Source: a virus. Taken from it: a stretch of DNA of 64,000 nucleotides. The DNA is taken from the IMG/VR virus record IMGVR_UViG_3300002056_000074. One strand, 5' to 3'. Shown piece by piece: positions 1 through 9,554 of the stretch (positions are counted from its first letter, which is position 1; each line of letters begins with the position of its first letter). The translations under genes and the position numbers were made by a program. Under the pieces are notes generated by a model. The model was not told where the DNA came from. It ran no database searches and saw only the letters and a list, made by a program, of their open reading frames with translations.

Positions 1-96
1 TACTTCTAGCTTGGCTCAGGATTGCCTCAAATGAGGTTTCCCTGAATTCACCCGGTTATCACTTTAATATTTCTATTAAAGGCTCCACATATCTTT
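1..96 (-). other. Group I self-splicing intron, 5' part (continues beyond window start), in the DNA polymerase C-terminal gene
   Basis: Minus strand after exon AAC TCT|: IGS GGAG pairs with exon CUCU with a U.G at the splice site. P2 is UAAUA-GAAA-UAUUA, the P element GAAUUCAGGGAAAC and Q element GGCAAUCCUGAGCCAAGC pair as P4 (UUCAGGG/UCCUGAG), and P5 is CCUC-AUUU-GAGG. The pol frame hits TAA shortly inside. Confidence 0.88.
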
Positions 97-216
97 AGAG
101 TTTAATTTAATTTTCATAACATATTGTAGCGAATCCCAATAGTCTGCTTCATTCATCAGCCTATCATATTCTTCAGCATCTTCTTCTGTAATTTCTATAC
201 CACCTCTTTTCGGCAT
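97..216 (-). CDS. polB: Family B DNA polymerase C-terminal subunit, exon 1 (40 aa MPKRGG...DSLQYVMKIKLNS); not in ORF track
   Basis: ATG at 216 with AGAGGA RBS. Translation ends in PolB motif B (Q-x3-K-x3-N-S), exactly the motif missing from the 587-aa upstream ORF. Confidence 0.85.
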
Positions 217-1385
217 AAATTATCCTCTCTAGAAATTTCTGACTTCATTATATCATGTATGTATGAAATATACTCGTTTTTATTTTTTGGAATATTTTCT
301 TCTTTAATTCTAATTACTTTATATCCACATCGCTTAGCATATAAATCAAACGTAGCATCCCTCCTTTTTGCATCATCAAACGAATGCCAATATGTTCCAT
401 CCATTTCTACCAATATTTTAGTATCACAAACAAAGAAATCATATCTATGCCAATTTTCTTTTAATTGATATTCTCTTTTTATACTAACACTATATTCATT
501 TGCCCAATCAATAAATGCCTGTTCTATCCAAGTAATTCTATTTGCGTTAAGCGGTCTCTTATAAAAATTTGTTCGATGAACTTCTCGCAATTCTGGTTTT
601 TGTGTGTAAGTGTTATCTCCAGCAATTTTATAGTCTCTCAATTCAATTCCATAATAAAGGAAATCATAACGTACTGCTGTTCCATTATTATAATATTTAA
701 GTTTTGTAGCTATATCATGAAGTGAATATTTTTTTGTGTGGTACATATACCGCAATACATTTTCTGGATATTTGGGTAAACATAATTCATTTTTACCGTT
801 TTTTAATCGTGTATCAATGTTATAACGTCTCAGAGAATTTAGTACCGTTGCAGGAGTTATCCCAAATTTTACACTAATTTCTTGCATCGACAATTTTTGA
901 TTTATATACAGTTCATATAAGTCATCCTTATTCAATTTTCTACATTTTCTTCTAGCTTTATTTGTAGATAAGCTTTTACCATTAATTTCCTGAATATTTC
1001 GGTATTTGATTTTATTTGTTTTGATGTAACTATAAAGTGTATGATATTTGATATCGTATTTAACGCTAAGTTCACTGATATTATATTTGGTTAATAATTT
1101 TTCCAATTCACTATTATTAGCCACATTTAATAATTTTAATACACCCAGTTTATTATCCATTAAAACTTTAGTTTTTTTAATTGCACATGATGTGCATCCA
1201 TGCTTTGAATCTAGGTGAATTCTAGGCTTTTGTTTAAAAGTAGATTTACATTTTTTACATATTAATGTTATCGGTGAATTACCATTAACGTACTCTACAC
1301 ACAAATAATCAAATGCGTTTCCAAATTTATAAACACTTCTTTTTATAAATCTTTCTTTTAGGTATTCTGGTGTGATTTTACTCAT
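195..1385 (-). CDS. Free-standing homing endonuclease-like protein (zinc-ribbon repeat, HTH repeats, C-terminal DUF559/Vsr-like PD-(D/E)XK domain)
   Basis: CKKC...H...GCTSC zinc ribbon; C-terminal YDFF...ILVEMDGTYWH...RD motif; start overlaps the polB-N stop (ATGAGTAA). Confidence 0.8.
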   Translation of the reverse strand: MSKITPEYLKERFIKRSVYKFGNAFDYLCVEYVNGNSPITLICKKCKSTFKQKPRIHLDSKHGCTSCAIKKTKVLMDNKLGVLKLLNVANNSELEKLLTKYNISELSVKYDIKYHTLYSYIKTNKIKYRNIQEINGKSLSTNKARRKCRKLNKDDLYELYINQKLSMQEISVKFGITPATVLNSLRRYNIDTRLKNGKNELCLPKYPENVLRYMYHTKKYSLHDIATKLKYYNNGTAVRYDFLYYGIELRDYKIAGDNTYTQKPELREVHRTNFYKRPLNANRITWIEQAFIDWANEYSVSIKREYQLKENWHRYDFFVCDTKILVEMDGTYWHSFDDAKRRDATFDLYAKRCGYKVIRIKEENIPKNKNEYISYIHDIMKSEISREDNLCRKEVV

Positions 1386-3141
1386 ATTTTTTCAGTATAT
1401 CAAGTGCAGCATCTTTTGCAACTGCCATATTCTTTTGATATTTTTTACGAGATGTGTACCAATCTTCTAAAATCATTGGAATAACACCCTTTTTATCCTT
1501 CGTAAACACTGTACCAAAAGAACTCATGCACCAATTTCTTTCGATTAATTCATTTTTCCATTCGTATGCTGGTAAAGATTCTGATGTTCCATCCGAATAT
1601 ATTAATTCTAGATCATCATCAGTTTTAGAATTGATTGCATTAAATGCGTCCTCTTCTATTAGGAATTGTCCCATTTTGGTATCTGGTGATATATTGCATG
1701 TGCGAATAGCAGATGGGTAAAGTGAATTTAAATCTATTGAACTTACCCAATCATGCATTCCTACTACTGGATCAAGAACGATAGCGCCCTGTATCTTTTC
1801 CTCTCCCCAATCCTCCTCAATTTTGTCATTAACAATTACATCTAGCTCGTGGTGACAGTAATTTATAACCGCCATTTCCGTTAGCATTATAGTTCCGGCA
1901 ACATCCTTAAATTGACCAGTTGATATATGAACCATTGTATTAGCTAGTGCAACATATTTGAATTTATCTTCAAAACCCTTCAGGATTTCAGTATCACGTA
2001 TATTGTATCTAATAAAATAAAGAAAATTATCTTTATACAATGATGCGAGTGATCCTTCATATTCCAGTTTTGGTAAATCTGGTTCTCCATTAGTTCTCAA
2101 GAATTTATCAGCAATGAATTCCAATGAATATGATGGTTGATTTTCAACCATGTATTTCTTAAACAAGGTTAAGTAATCCAGACTCACTCTACCGTTCAAT
2201 CTAATGATAGGCTGCTTCTTTCCGAAGATTTCAACATCTTCCCATCGCGGAGGTGGAGCATCAGGAAAACATAAGCGCTTCAGGAATTTATTACCCATCT
2301 TCTCCAATCGCTTGCCAACATAAGGATCATCAAATCCACTGTTGTTCCAACCACAAATAATATCACTACTCTCAATTTCCTCTAGAAATAATCGTAGTAA
2401 AGTTCGTTCACTGGATACAATCTTAATTTCTACCTCAACACCATCAATTATCGGAGCAATATCATTCATCTTCTTGAGATAATTATCTCCCATTGTGCCC
2501 ACATTGGGAACTTCACAATTGGGATTTTCTGGTGGTATAGCAATCACTACAATTTTATTCAGATGCATATGGATTAATGCAACCGAATTTACTATTGCAT
2601 AGGGATCAGATACTGATGAGAATCCAGTCTTTCCTGTATACATATAATCAGATTTATCAACTTCCATCCACTTTTCAGTATATTCGTCAAAGACTTCACA
2701 TATATTTCTATCGGGAATTGCACGAAGCTCACCAACTGATATATCCTTCTCTTTTCCGTTGTAGCGTATACGCACTATATGTTCAGAATCATACTTTATA
2801 TTTTTATAATCAACCTCTATATCGTAAAATGTGACATTTAGGTCGGGATCTTTGACACCATAATAATTATCAGTGAGTACTTTATATACTGGAGATATAT
2901 CAGACTCAAACATAGGTACTTTACTAGCCTCAAATTGCTTCTTAGCGTTGTAAAACTCTTTACCAGTGTGGAAGTCTAGGCGCTGTAGTTTATCCCCGTA
3001 TAGGCTCTTATAATCGCCATCTTCAGACGGAACATAGAAGTAATAGGGAGCAGGATATTCAACGGTCTTTCGATTTCCCTCTTCATCCCTCTCCCATATA
3101 GTAACAGTGTCACCATTTTTGACGCCTGATATATAACTCAT
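1378..3141 (-). CDS. polB: Family B DNA polymerase N-terminal subunit (3'-5' exonuclease plus palm motif A), ending in the fingers
   Basis: YDIEVD (ExoI), GWNNSGFDDPY (ExoII), YNIRDT (ExoIII), SIDLNSLYPSAI (motif A); lacks motifs B and C. Confidence 0.95.
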   Translation of the reverse strand: MSYISGVKNGDTVTIWERDEEGNRKTVEYPAPYYFYVPSEDGDYKSLYGDKLQRLDFHTGKEFYNAKKQFEASKVPMFESDISPVYKVLTDNYYGVKDPDLNVTFYDIEVDYKNIKYDSEHIVRIRYNGKEKDISVGELRAIPDRNICEVFDEYTEKWMEVDKSDYMYTGKTGFSSVSDPYAIVNSVALIHMHLNKIVVIAIPPENPNCEVPNVGTMGDNYLKKMNDIAPIIDGVEVEIKIVSSERTLLRLFLEEIESSDIICGWNNSGFDDPYVGKRLEKMGNKFLKRLCFPDAPPPRWEDVEIFGKKQPIIRLNGRVSLDYLTLFKKYMVENQPSYSLEFIADKFLRTNGEPDLPKLEYEGSLASLYKDNFLYFIRYNIRDTEILKGFEDKFKYVALANTMVHISTGQFKDVAGTIMLTEMAVINYCHHELDVIVNDKIEEDWGEEKIQGAIVLDPVVGMHDWVSSIDLNSLYPSAIRTCNISPDTKMGQFLIEEDAFNAINSKTDDDLELIYSDGTSESLPAYEWKNELIERNWCMSSFGTVFTKDKKGVIPMILEDWYTSRKKYQKNMAVAKDAALDILKKYE

Positions 3142-3153
3142 AATATAATACTA

Positions 3154-3459
3154 TTATTCTTCAGATTCTTCTTCTAATGAATCACTTTCATTGGATGTTA
3201 TCATTCCTTCAACAATAGATTCGTACATCAACTCAAAATCCTCATTTTCCTGCTGAAGTGTGGAATATGATCGGTCATACATAGTTTTTGCCATTTTTCG
3301 AGATATTTTTGGTTGTATCTCAAATTTTTCTTTGAGCATACCAAAAACATCTTTGATATGATCCTTTTCCGCTGCAATCCGATCCATAGATGCGGTGATT
3401 TGTTCAAGTGCAACTTTAATATTTTGGCGGTCTGATGGACTAGATGGTACTGTACTCAT
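3154..3459 (-). CDS. T4 DsbA-like double-stranded DNA-binding protein
   Basis: Helical ~100 aa with IAAEKDHIKD...LKEKFEI.PK..RKMAK pattern, next to the polymerase. Confidence 0.55.
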   Translation of the reverse strand: MSTVPSSPSDRQNIKVALEQITASMDRIAAEKDHIKDVFGMLKEKFEIQPKISRKMAKTMYDRSYSTLQQENEDFELMYESIVEGMITSNESDSLEEESEE

Positions 3460-3468
3460 ATATTTCTC

Positions 3469-4056
3469 CTAAGATAAGTGACTGAACCAATCAATATAAG
3501 TTCCCTTAAATTGATCTGACTCATATATGTACATTGTATCAGATCGATGAAATATGCGCAATACGTCTAATTTCCCAATTTTGATTTCTGATATTGCATT
3601 TAAAAAATTTGGAACACAAGGAAATGTAACAGAAGTCCCTCGCTCGGGATTTAATCCAAAACCAAAAGATGGAAATTCTAATTTTCCACCATATACCTCA
3701 AAGTTTGTATCTATGGGTGGCGTCTCTAAAAAACTCTTTAGGAAAATAACAGTCTCAAAATCATAATCTTTATTTCGAAACCACATATTATTTTTTCTTA
3801 CTGTGCTGGCACATGTAAACTCTGGAATATAACTTTCAGTATAAGAATCTAAACTAATAATTGAGTTAATTATTTTCGTATTAAAATGTGACCCAATTTG
3901 TGCCTCTAAAAAAGAATTATGTATATTGATATAATTATGACTAAGGGGTTCACTATATACCTTAGTCTCATTTGAAATATCAAGCGTCAAATCGACTATC
4001 TCTTGACAGATTTTTTGGGGGATAAAATTTTGTTGTATTAAAAAGGGTGATTTCAT
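3469..4056 (-). CDS. 2OG-Fe(II) oxygenase-fold protein, apparently degenerate
   Basis: YGGKLEFP..G...P.RG..V.FP motif; no intact HxD...H iron ligands seen. Confidence 0.55.
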   Translation of the reverse strand: MKSPFLIQQNFIPQKICQEIVDLTLDISNETKVYSEPLSHNYINIHNSFLEAQIGSHFNTKIINSIISLDSYTESYIPEFTCASTVRKNNMWFRNKDYDFETVIFLKSFLETPPIDTNFEVYGGKLEFPSFGFGLNPERGTSVTFPCVPNFLNAISEIKIGKLDVLRIFHRSDTMYIYESDQFKGTYIDWFSHLS

Positions 4057-5132
4057 TATCGATCCAATGTTGACAACTCATCACTCACTGGTGACATTTC
4101 ACCATCAACAATATCTGAAGATTCTAAGTGTGTAATTATATCACTAAATGAAATGTCACTTTTTCGAAGTATTTCAACCAATGAGTGTATATCTTCATCA
4201 TGATCCACTCCATGCATTTCATCATGAACATCTACTTCATCATTTATATCATCCATCACGTTAGTTTCTACTCGATCTTCATCTGGATTCGGCAATAAAT
4301 CATCTACCACACTATCTGGAATACTACGTGCAATCATACTCAAATGTTCCCAGTCAACATCATGTGTTTCTAATTTTTGATCTTCCATAATAGATTCTTT
4401 TGAGGGATCGATTAAAAATTTTCCAGCATCTAAAATATTCTGACCTATTAATACTGGATGTTCCATATCCGCACGATTTTTTAGATTAAATTTTACATTT
4501 TCGATTACTTTATCACCCACCTTAATTGACAATTCAATTACTGGTCTATTTTTAACACCATCAGCAGTTTTCACTGCTTGAATATCATTCAGTGGTAGTG
4601 TGATATTATTATTTGAAAGATGTGAACATGAAAAAGTAATCCTATTGGAAGCTTTATCTATATCATAATTATCACAATGTAATGAACTTATATCAGCACC
4701 AGTATCTACCTTCCCCTTCAAAATATTACTTGATGGGAGATTTGTGAATCGTAACTCCATAGTTTCGCCAATGACATCCCTATTATTTGTCGCATCCCTT
4801 TCTACAATATTTGACATACTTTCTTCCCTGTTTAGATTGCGATTATGTCGTGCTCTACTAGTCATTAATATTTTTATGGGCTTCATTTTTTTATAAACAA
4901 ATACCATCCATTCCCGCATATTTTTTTCTTTAATTTGATCCCGATGTTTTGGAATAACTATATAGACGAGATATCCAAAATCTTTCCCGGTTACTATATG
5001 CTTAAATGGTATATTTGAAGATGTTTGGTATTGATACACCATACCTGCAATTTCAATTTTGGTATCTGATGGTTCAATATCACCATTCCTAAAAGCTCTT
5101 GTAGCATCTTCGATTTTTTCAAATTTAAGCAT
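4056..5132 (-). CDS. Retropepsin-like aspartic protease (RimK-associated 'Zn_protease' family) with acidic tail
   Basis: GKVDTGADISSLH and FNLKNRADMEHPVLIGQN motifs. Confidence 0.8.
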   Translation of the reverse strand: MLKFEKIEDATRAFRNGDIEPSDTKIEIAGMVYQYQTSSNIPFKHIVTGKDFGYLVYIVIPKHRDQIKEKNMREWMVFVYKKMKPIKILMTSRARHNRNLNREESMSNIVERDATNNRDVIGETMELRFTNLPSSNILKGKVDTGADISSLHCDNYDIDKASNRITFSCSHLSNNNITLPLNDIQAVKTADGVKNRPVIELSIKVGDKVIENVKFNLKNRADMEHPVLIGQNILDAGKFLIDPSKESIMEDQKLETHDVDWEHLSMIARSIPDSVVDDLLPNPDEDRVETNVMDDINDEVDVHDEMHGVDHDEDIHSLVEILRKSDISFSDIITHLESSDIVDGEMSPVSDELSTLDR

Positions 5133-5817
5133 GATGTAACTCCAATCCGTGATTTGTTTTGTTGAATTTTTTAATATCAGCTTTTAACGGTTTTATCCAC
5201 TTATTCACGGGTTCAATAAATTCGATAGGAACAAGACTATTTTTGACTGTCATTAAAATTGCAATACTATCTATACTTATGCCAGTTAACTCTTCCCACA
5301 TAATAGAATATGCAGCACCTTGCTTAAAGTAGTTTGAAATTTTACTTTTATCCTTGATGTTGGTAGACGTTTTAAAATCAATAATTGATAATTTCCCTTT
5401 ATATTCACCAATACAATCAACTCTTCCAGCGATTCCCAATTCTTCACTATACAACCCTTGTTCTTGAGTTACTATATTATCTATATGTTTCAATAAAAAC
5501 CTAAGTCTATGAAACATAATAATATGAATATGTTCTCGGTTTAATATGACCTCTTTTCTATCCATATTATTCAGATAATTTTCGGTCATATCATGCACAG
5601 CATCACCGCGCACAGTAGCAATTTTTGAAATTTGGTTTGCTCGAAAGTCTCCTACATCCCTCCTCCACTCTTCCAACCACTCTTCATCATTAATTGATAG
5701 TACGGTTGTGATAGATGGAACGACACTACCTGACGGCAAAGTATATGTTCTACCTGCTTCAGTTGTGGTTGCTGATATTTCTGGGATTATGAAATTTGTG
5801 GGTACATGTTTAAACAT
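5125..5817 (-). CDS. PD-(D/E)XK exonuclease
   Basis: PSITTVL, RGDAVH, AGRVDCI...IIDFKTS, YFKQGAAYS motifs. Confidence 0.85.
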   Translation of the reverse strand: MFKHVPTNFIIPEISATTTEAGRTYTLPSGSVVPSITTVLSINDEEWLEEWRRDVGDFRANQISKIATVRGDAVHDMTENYLNNMDRKEVILNREHIHIIMFHRLRFLLKHIDNIVTQEQGLYSEELGIAGRVDCIGEYKGKLSIIDFKTSTNIKDKSKISNYFKQGAAYSIMWEELTGISIDSIAILMTVKNSLVPIEFIEPVNKWIKPLKADIKKFNKTNHGLELHHA

Positions 5818-5855
5818 CTAATAATTTTAACATGGATGGGACTGGGTGTGAACTA

Positions 5856-6212
5856 TTATTTTTTAGATAATAATTGATTCATCTTAGCAACTCGCTTTGT
5901 TCCAGCACGCTTCTTTGTGATGGACCCCTTTCGCCTAATAATGGCACCCTTCTGTTGCATAACCCGCCGACCAGCTCTAATTTTTTTGGGATCTTTTCGA
6001 ACTCCACAATCACCGGGCTTAGACACTAATCTACCTGCTTTTGGTCCTGCTAAACATCTAAATCGCTTTTCAATTTTACCACCAACCATTTTAAATTGTC
6101 GAATGGCATTTTCATCAAGCAATTCATTACCATCCGAATCTAAATAAACAACTTCACAACCTTCTAAAATATCATCAGGATTGTTATTATCAAAAATATC
6201 AGAGAGTAACAT
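5856..6212 (-). CDS. Hypothetical basic protein
   Basis: 118-aa ORF in co-oriented operon, K/R-rich C-terminal half. Confidence 0.65.
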   Translation of the reverse strand: MLLSDIFDNNNPDDILEGCEVVYLDSDGNELLDENAIRQFKMVGGKIEKRFRCLAGPKAGRLVSKPGDCGVRKDPKKIRAGRRVMQQKGAIIRRKGSITKKRAGTKRVAKMNQLLSKK

Positions 6213-6223
6213 TTATATATTCC

Positions 6224-6736
6224 TTATGCTGAGTTATTATCAGAATTACTCATGTCATCTGACATGCGCTGAATGCTAAGCTTGATTTCTTGTTTTCGCT
6301 TAGGGTCTTTTTCAGTTTTAAGTTGTTCACGAGCTGCAAGAATTTGCTTTCGCATTAACATTTTTGGGTCCATACGAGCAGCCATAGCTGCGTCTTGTTT
6401 GAAAGATTTTGATTCGGTATCAAGAGTCACCTTTGCTTCAGCTAACTCTGCTTCATGTAAAAGAAAGTCTGAAAATGTACCAACAGATTCTTTAACCTCA
6501 CCAGAAGCATCCTTCATTGCTTCCTTTTTGTCTGGGTCACGTTCCTTAGATTCTTCTTTGGTATCAGCATCAACTAGCAAATCAAGCTGCCTGCGCTGTG
6601 TAGAGCTTAGTGATCGCTTTACATTTGCATCCGCAATTGCAGTAGCATTACCACCGGCACGAATTACTTGAGTCAACTTTTTTACAGTTGCATCGTCAAT
6701 GTCAAAAACGCGCTTCATAAGTTTTTCAAAATACAT
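6224..6736 (-). CDS. Hypothetical protein
   Basis: 170-aa ORF with AAGGA RBS region and operon context. Confidence 0.65.
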   Translation of the reverse strand: MYFEKLMKRVFDIDDATVKKLTQVIRAGGNATAIADANVKRSLSSTQRRQLDLLVDADTKEESKERDPDKKEAMKDASGEVKESVGTFSDFLLHEAELAEAKVTLDTESKSFKQDAAMAARMDPKMLMRKQILAAREQLKTEKDPKRKQEIKLSIQRMSDDMSNSDNNSA

Positions 6737-6753
6737 AATAATTTTTCCTTGGG

Positions 6754-7851
6754 TTATTCTTGTGTTCGTGCGTATTTAATAATAATATCTGCTAATTGCT
6801 CCTTTGAAAGTGCCTTCACTTTAGCACTTCCTCCAGCTACTTCCTCTTGCTCTGATGATGAAGTAATCTTGTCTACACTATCAAGAGGTACTCCAACATC
6901 TGGATCATCGCTAGTCTCTTTTTTATATTTAGCTAATTTGGCGAGAGTTTCTGCTTCTTTTTTTGCTTCTTTTTTTGCATTCTCATGGTCTTTCATGGCC
7001 AAAATATCTTCTTCTTGGGAAACTTTGGCCTTTGCAGCATCTGCAGCATGGGCAGAAATCGCAGCTTCAGCTTCAGCCTTTCGTGCTTCAGCATCTGCCA
7101 ATTTTGCTTTGGCCTCAGCTTGCATCATGTTTATAACGGCCTGTAATGCACTGGTAGCTTCCGTCTCACTTTCATCTGCGACATCATCACCACCCGCTAA
7201 ACCTTCACCTTCTAAACCAGACTCATCACCACCCTCTCCAGCTTCATCACTTGATGTCGAATCATCACCTTCTAGATCACTAGGTTCATCAGATGAAACA
7301 TCAGTATCCTCTTCCTCTTCTTCATCGCCTACAATCCTTCCCCATTCAACATCAATTATATCAAATTCACTTTTTAATTTGAATAAAATCTCTGCAATTT
7401 CGGTAGCATTTTTTGGCTCAACATCATCAACAAACATTTGATCTTGATCGGCTAGCATATTAGCTAAGGCACTTTCAAAAGAATCCGCCTGATCTTTATT
7501 AACAAAAACTTTGATAATTTTACCTTCATCATCCTCAAGGCCAAATACTGCAACATCATCACGATTCTCTGCCGCTGTTTTAACGGCTTGATCAAGCTTG
7601 TTTATTGTTTCTTGATAATCATAAGGCTTAACGGTATTGTCCAATCCTTCTGACACACATATTTTACGACGCTTCTTCTTTTTAGACGGAAGATCATTAA
7701 CGGGAACATATCCCATTCTGCGCATTATCATGGTTCCACCATTTTGCCCACCAAATAAATTTCCTGATGAATTGGCAATTGCACCACCACTGGTTCCACC
7801 ACTCATTGATTCTTTTAGAAGAGTTGACAACAATGACATATATTTTTCCAA
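6754..7851 (-). CDS. Hypothetical acidic/coiled-coil protein, possible virion protein
   Basis: 365-aa ORF with long E/D-rich linker and Ala-rich coiled coil; TATAAATA upstream. Confidence 0.7.
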   Translation of the reverse strand: MEKYMSLLSTLLKESMSGGTSGGAIANSSGNLFGGQNGGTMIMRRMGYVPVNDLPSKKKKRRKICVSEGLDNTVKPYDYQETINKLDQAVKTAAENRDDVAVFGLEDDEGKIIKVFVNKDQADSFESALANMLADQDQMFVDDVEPKNATEIAEILFKLKSEFDIIDVEWGRIVGDEEEEEDTDVSSDEPSDLEGDDSTSSDEAGEGGDESGLEGEGLAGGDDVADESETEATSALQAVINMMQAEAKAKLADAEARKAEAEAAISAHAADAAKAKVSQEEDILAMKDHENAKKEAKKEAETLAKLAKYKKETSDDPDVGVPLDSVDKITSSSEQEEVAGGSAKVKALSKEQLADIIIKYARTQE

Positions 7852-7874
7852 TTAATTTATACTACAATATAAAG

Positions 7875-7882
7875 TATTTATA
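7875..7882 (-). promoter_or_regulatory. T4-type late promoter-like TATAAATA
   Basis: Exact TATAAATA about 25 nt upstream of ORF 6754..7851. Confidence 0.5.
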
Positions 7883-7956
7883 GTCACTAAACAAAAGGGG
7901 AGAGTAAAATGAATTACTCTCCCCTTTTGATAAAAAATACTGATTTCAATTTTTTA

Positions 7957-8214
7957 TCAATTAGTAGAACCTTCTGTCGCTGCTTCATTATCAGCATTTA
8001 ATTGTGCTACAATTTGATGCTCAACCTGCTTAACGGCAGCCGAAGCCTTATTTGCCTCATTATTTAGTTTTGCTAGTGCAACATCAGCTTCTTGAGACCA
8101 TTGAGCATGAACTGCCAACAATTGCTGAACTTTCTCGGAAAGGTCTGATGTTTTATAACTCTGTCCGTTAATTTCTACAGTTGGTTCGTTATTTTCATTC
8201 ACTTCTTCACTCAT
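7957..8214 (-). CDS. Small coiled-coil hypothetical protein
   Basis: 85-aa ORF with GAGGA RBS; downstream GGGGAG...CTCCCC hairpin with T tract. Confidence 0.65.
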   Translation of the reverse strand: MSEEVNENNEPTVEINGQSYKTSDLSEKVQQLLAVHAQWSQEADVALAKLNNEANKASAAVKQVEHQIVAQLNADNEAATEGSTN

Positions 8215-8237
8215 TATTATTTCCTCGGTATATAAAA

Positions 8238-9539
8238 TTAATCAATGTTATCGAACATATCTATGATGCTAGCCCCACAGTCTACATGATTGGAATTCTT
8301 TTTACTACTGTTTTTTCCAATCAATGATAAATCATTTGATTCTGCTGATATTCGTAGATTTTCATTAAATGTCATGTTAATACTAGAACCCACTCCATCA
8401 CTATTGCGTGTTTTCTGAAAACTCATTTTCATATCACCAGAAGTTCGCATTAAAGTATTCATGTATATAGTTACAAAGGTGTCAGATTCATTAATTTTTG
8501 ATATACCACCGGCAATATGAGAATGGTTATGTTCATCTTCTCCTACTGCTGATCTATTCAATTGTGATGCACTAACAATTAATGCATCGTGGTCAACACC
8601 GATCTGTCGCAATTGTTCTGATATTTTTTTATCGATATCAAAGGAATTTCCGTTTACTCGTTTATTGGGTGTCATCTTATCTAAGTAATCTACCAAAATG
8701 ACATCGGGCATACATCCTCTATGTAGGTGATAATTTTTTAGATATGATCGCAGCTCCATAGGTTTTGACTCAGAGGGCATATAGATAACATCCATCTGTC
8801 CAGTTTCAGCAGTCCTATAATTCCTAACACCATTGATAATTTCGGGAATATGGTCAATCCATACTTTCCGCGAAATGCCAGTAATCATGGTATCAAATCG
8901 TTGACATACTATATCTTGTGATAATTCAAGTGATACATATAGGACATTATAGCCATTGTCTGCATAATCCAATGCCAGATTAGACATACACACTGATTTA
9001 CCACCACCAGAACCAGCAGCAAATAGCAACAATTCTTTTCTAGCTGGTCCACCACCTAATTTTTCATTAAAATTTGGCCACTTAGTTGGTAATATCTCAT
9101 CGGCATGTTTAAGGCGCTCTAGGCGTTCCTCAATATCTTCATAATAATTAACACCCAAATCATTATGTACTGATAGGAGAAGGGCTTCTTTTATTAACTC
9201 TTCAATATCATCACTATTTTCAGTGTCTATTAATTTAGCCGATTCCATAATGGCATCTTGGAGCGCCATTTTCTTGCAAAACTTTTCTATTTCATTGACG
9301 GTATAATCAATTTGATGCTTTTCAATTTCATACTCTTCTAATAGAAGATCGGTTTCAGAATCAATTTGTTTTGGTGAAGGGACCGCGCTATATTCTTCAT
9401 AATAATCAAGAATAAACTTAACCACGGGCTGTAGGCTAGGATCGAAAAACTCATGATCAATTATAGAATGACAGATAGTAAATGTATCTGGGGATGAAAT
9501 TAGATATTCAATTAGTTCCCGCTGCTTTTTAAGTTTCAA
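8238..9539 (-). CDS. Replicative DNA helicase (DnaB/T4 gp41-like)
   Basis: Walker A AAGSGGGKS, YVSLELS, VILVDYLD, SASQLNR, KTRN motifs. Confidence 0.93.
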   Translation of the reverse strand: MKLKKQRELIEYLISSPDTFTICHSIIDHEFFDPSLQPVVKFILDYYEEYSAVPSPKQIDSETDLLLEEYEIEKHQIDYTVNEIEKFCKKMALQDAIMESAKLIDTENSDDIEELIKEALLLSVHNDLGVNYYEDIEERLERLKHADEILPTKWPNFNEKLGGGPARKELLLFAAGSGGGKSVCMSNLALDYADNGYNVLYVSLELSQDIVCQRFDTMITGISRKVWIDHIPEIINGVRNYRTAETGQMDVIYMPSESKPMELRSYLKNYHLHRGCMPDVILVDYLDKMTPNKRVNGNSFDIDKKISEQLRQIGVDHDALIVSASQLNRSAVGEDEHNHSHIAGGISKINESDTFVTIYMNTLMRTSGDMKMSFQKTRNSDGVGSSINMTFNENLRISAESNDLSLIGKNSSKKNSNHVDCGASIIDMFDNID

Positions 9540-9554
9540 ATAGAATACCTACAA

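Noticed and set aside
195-1385. Endonuclease as an intron-encoded ORF between the polB halves
   Set aside because: Its start and stop overlap the polB coding ends directly, leaving no room for intron core elements, and polB-C has its own RBS.
6273-7441. Long plus-strand ORFs 6273..6671 and 6668..7441
   Set aside because: They are antisense shadows of low-complexity E/A/D-rich minus-strand genes, Ser-rich and without an RBS.
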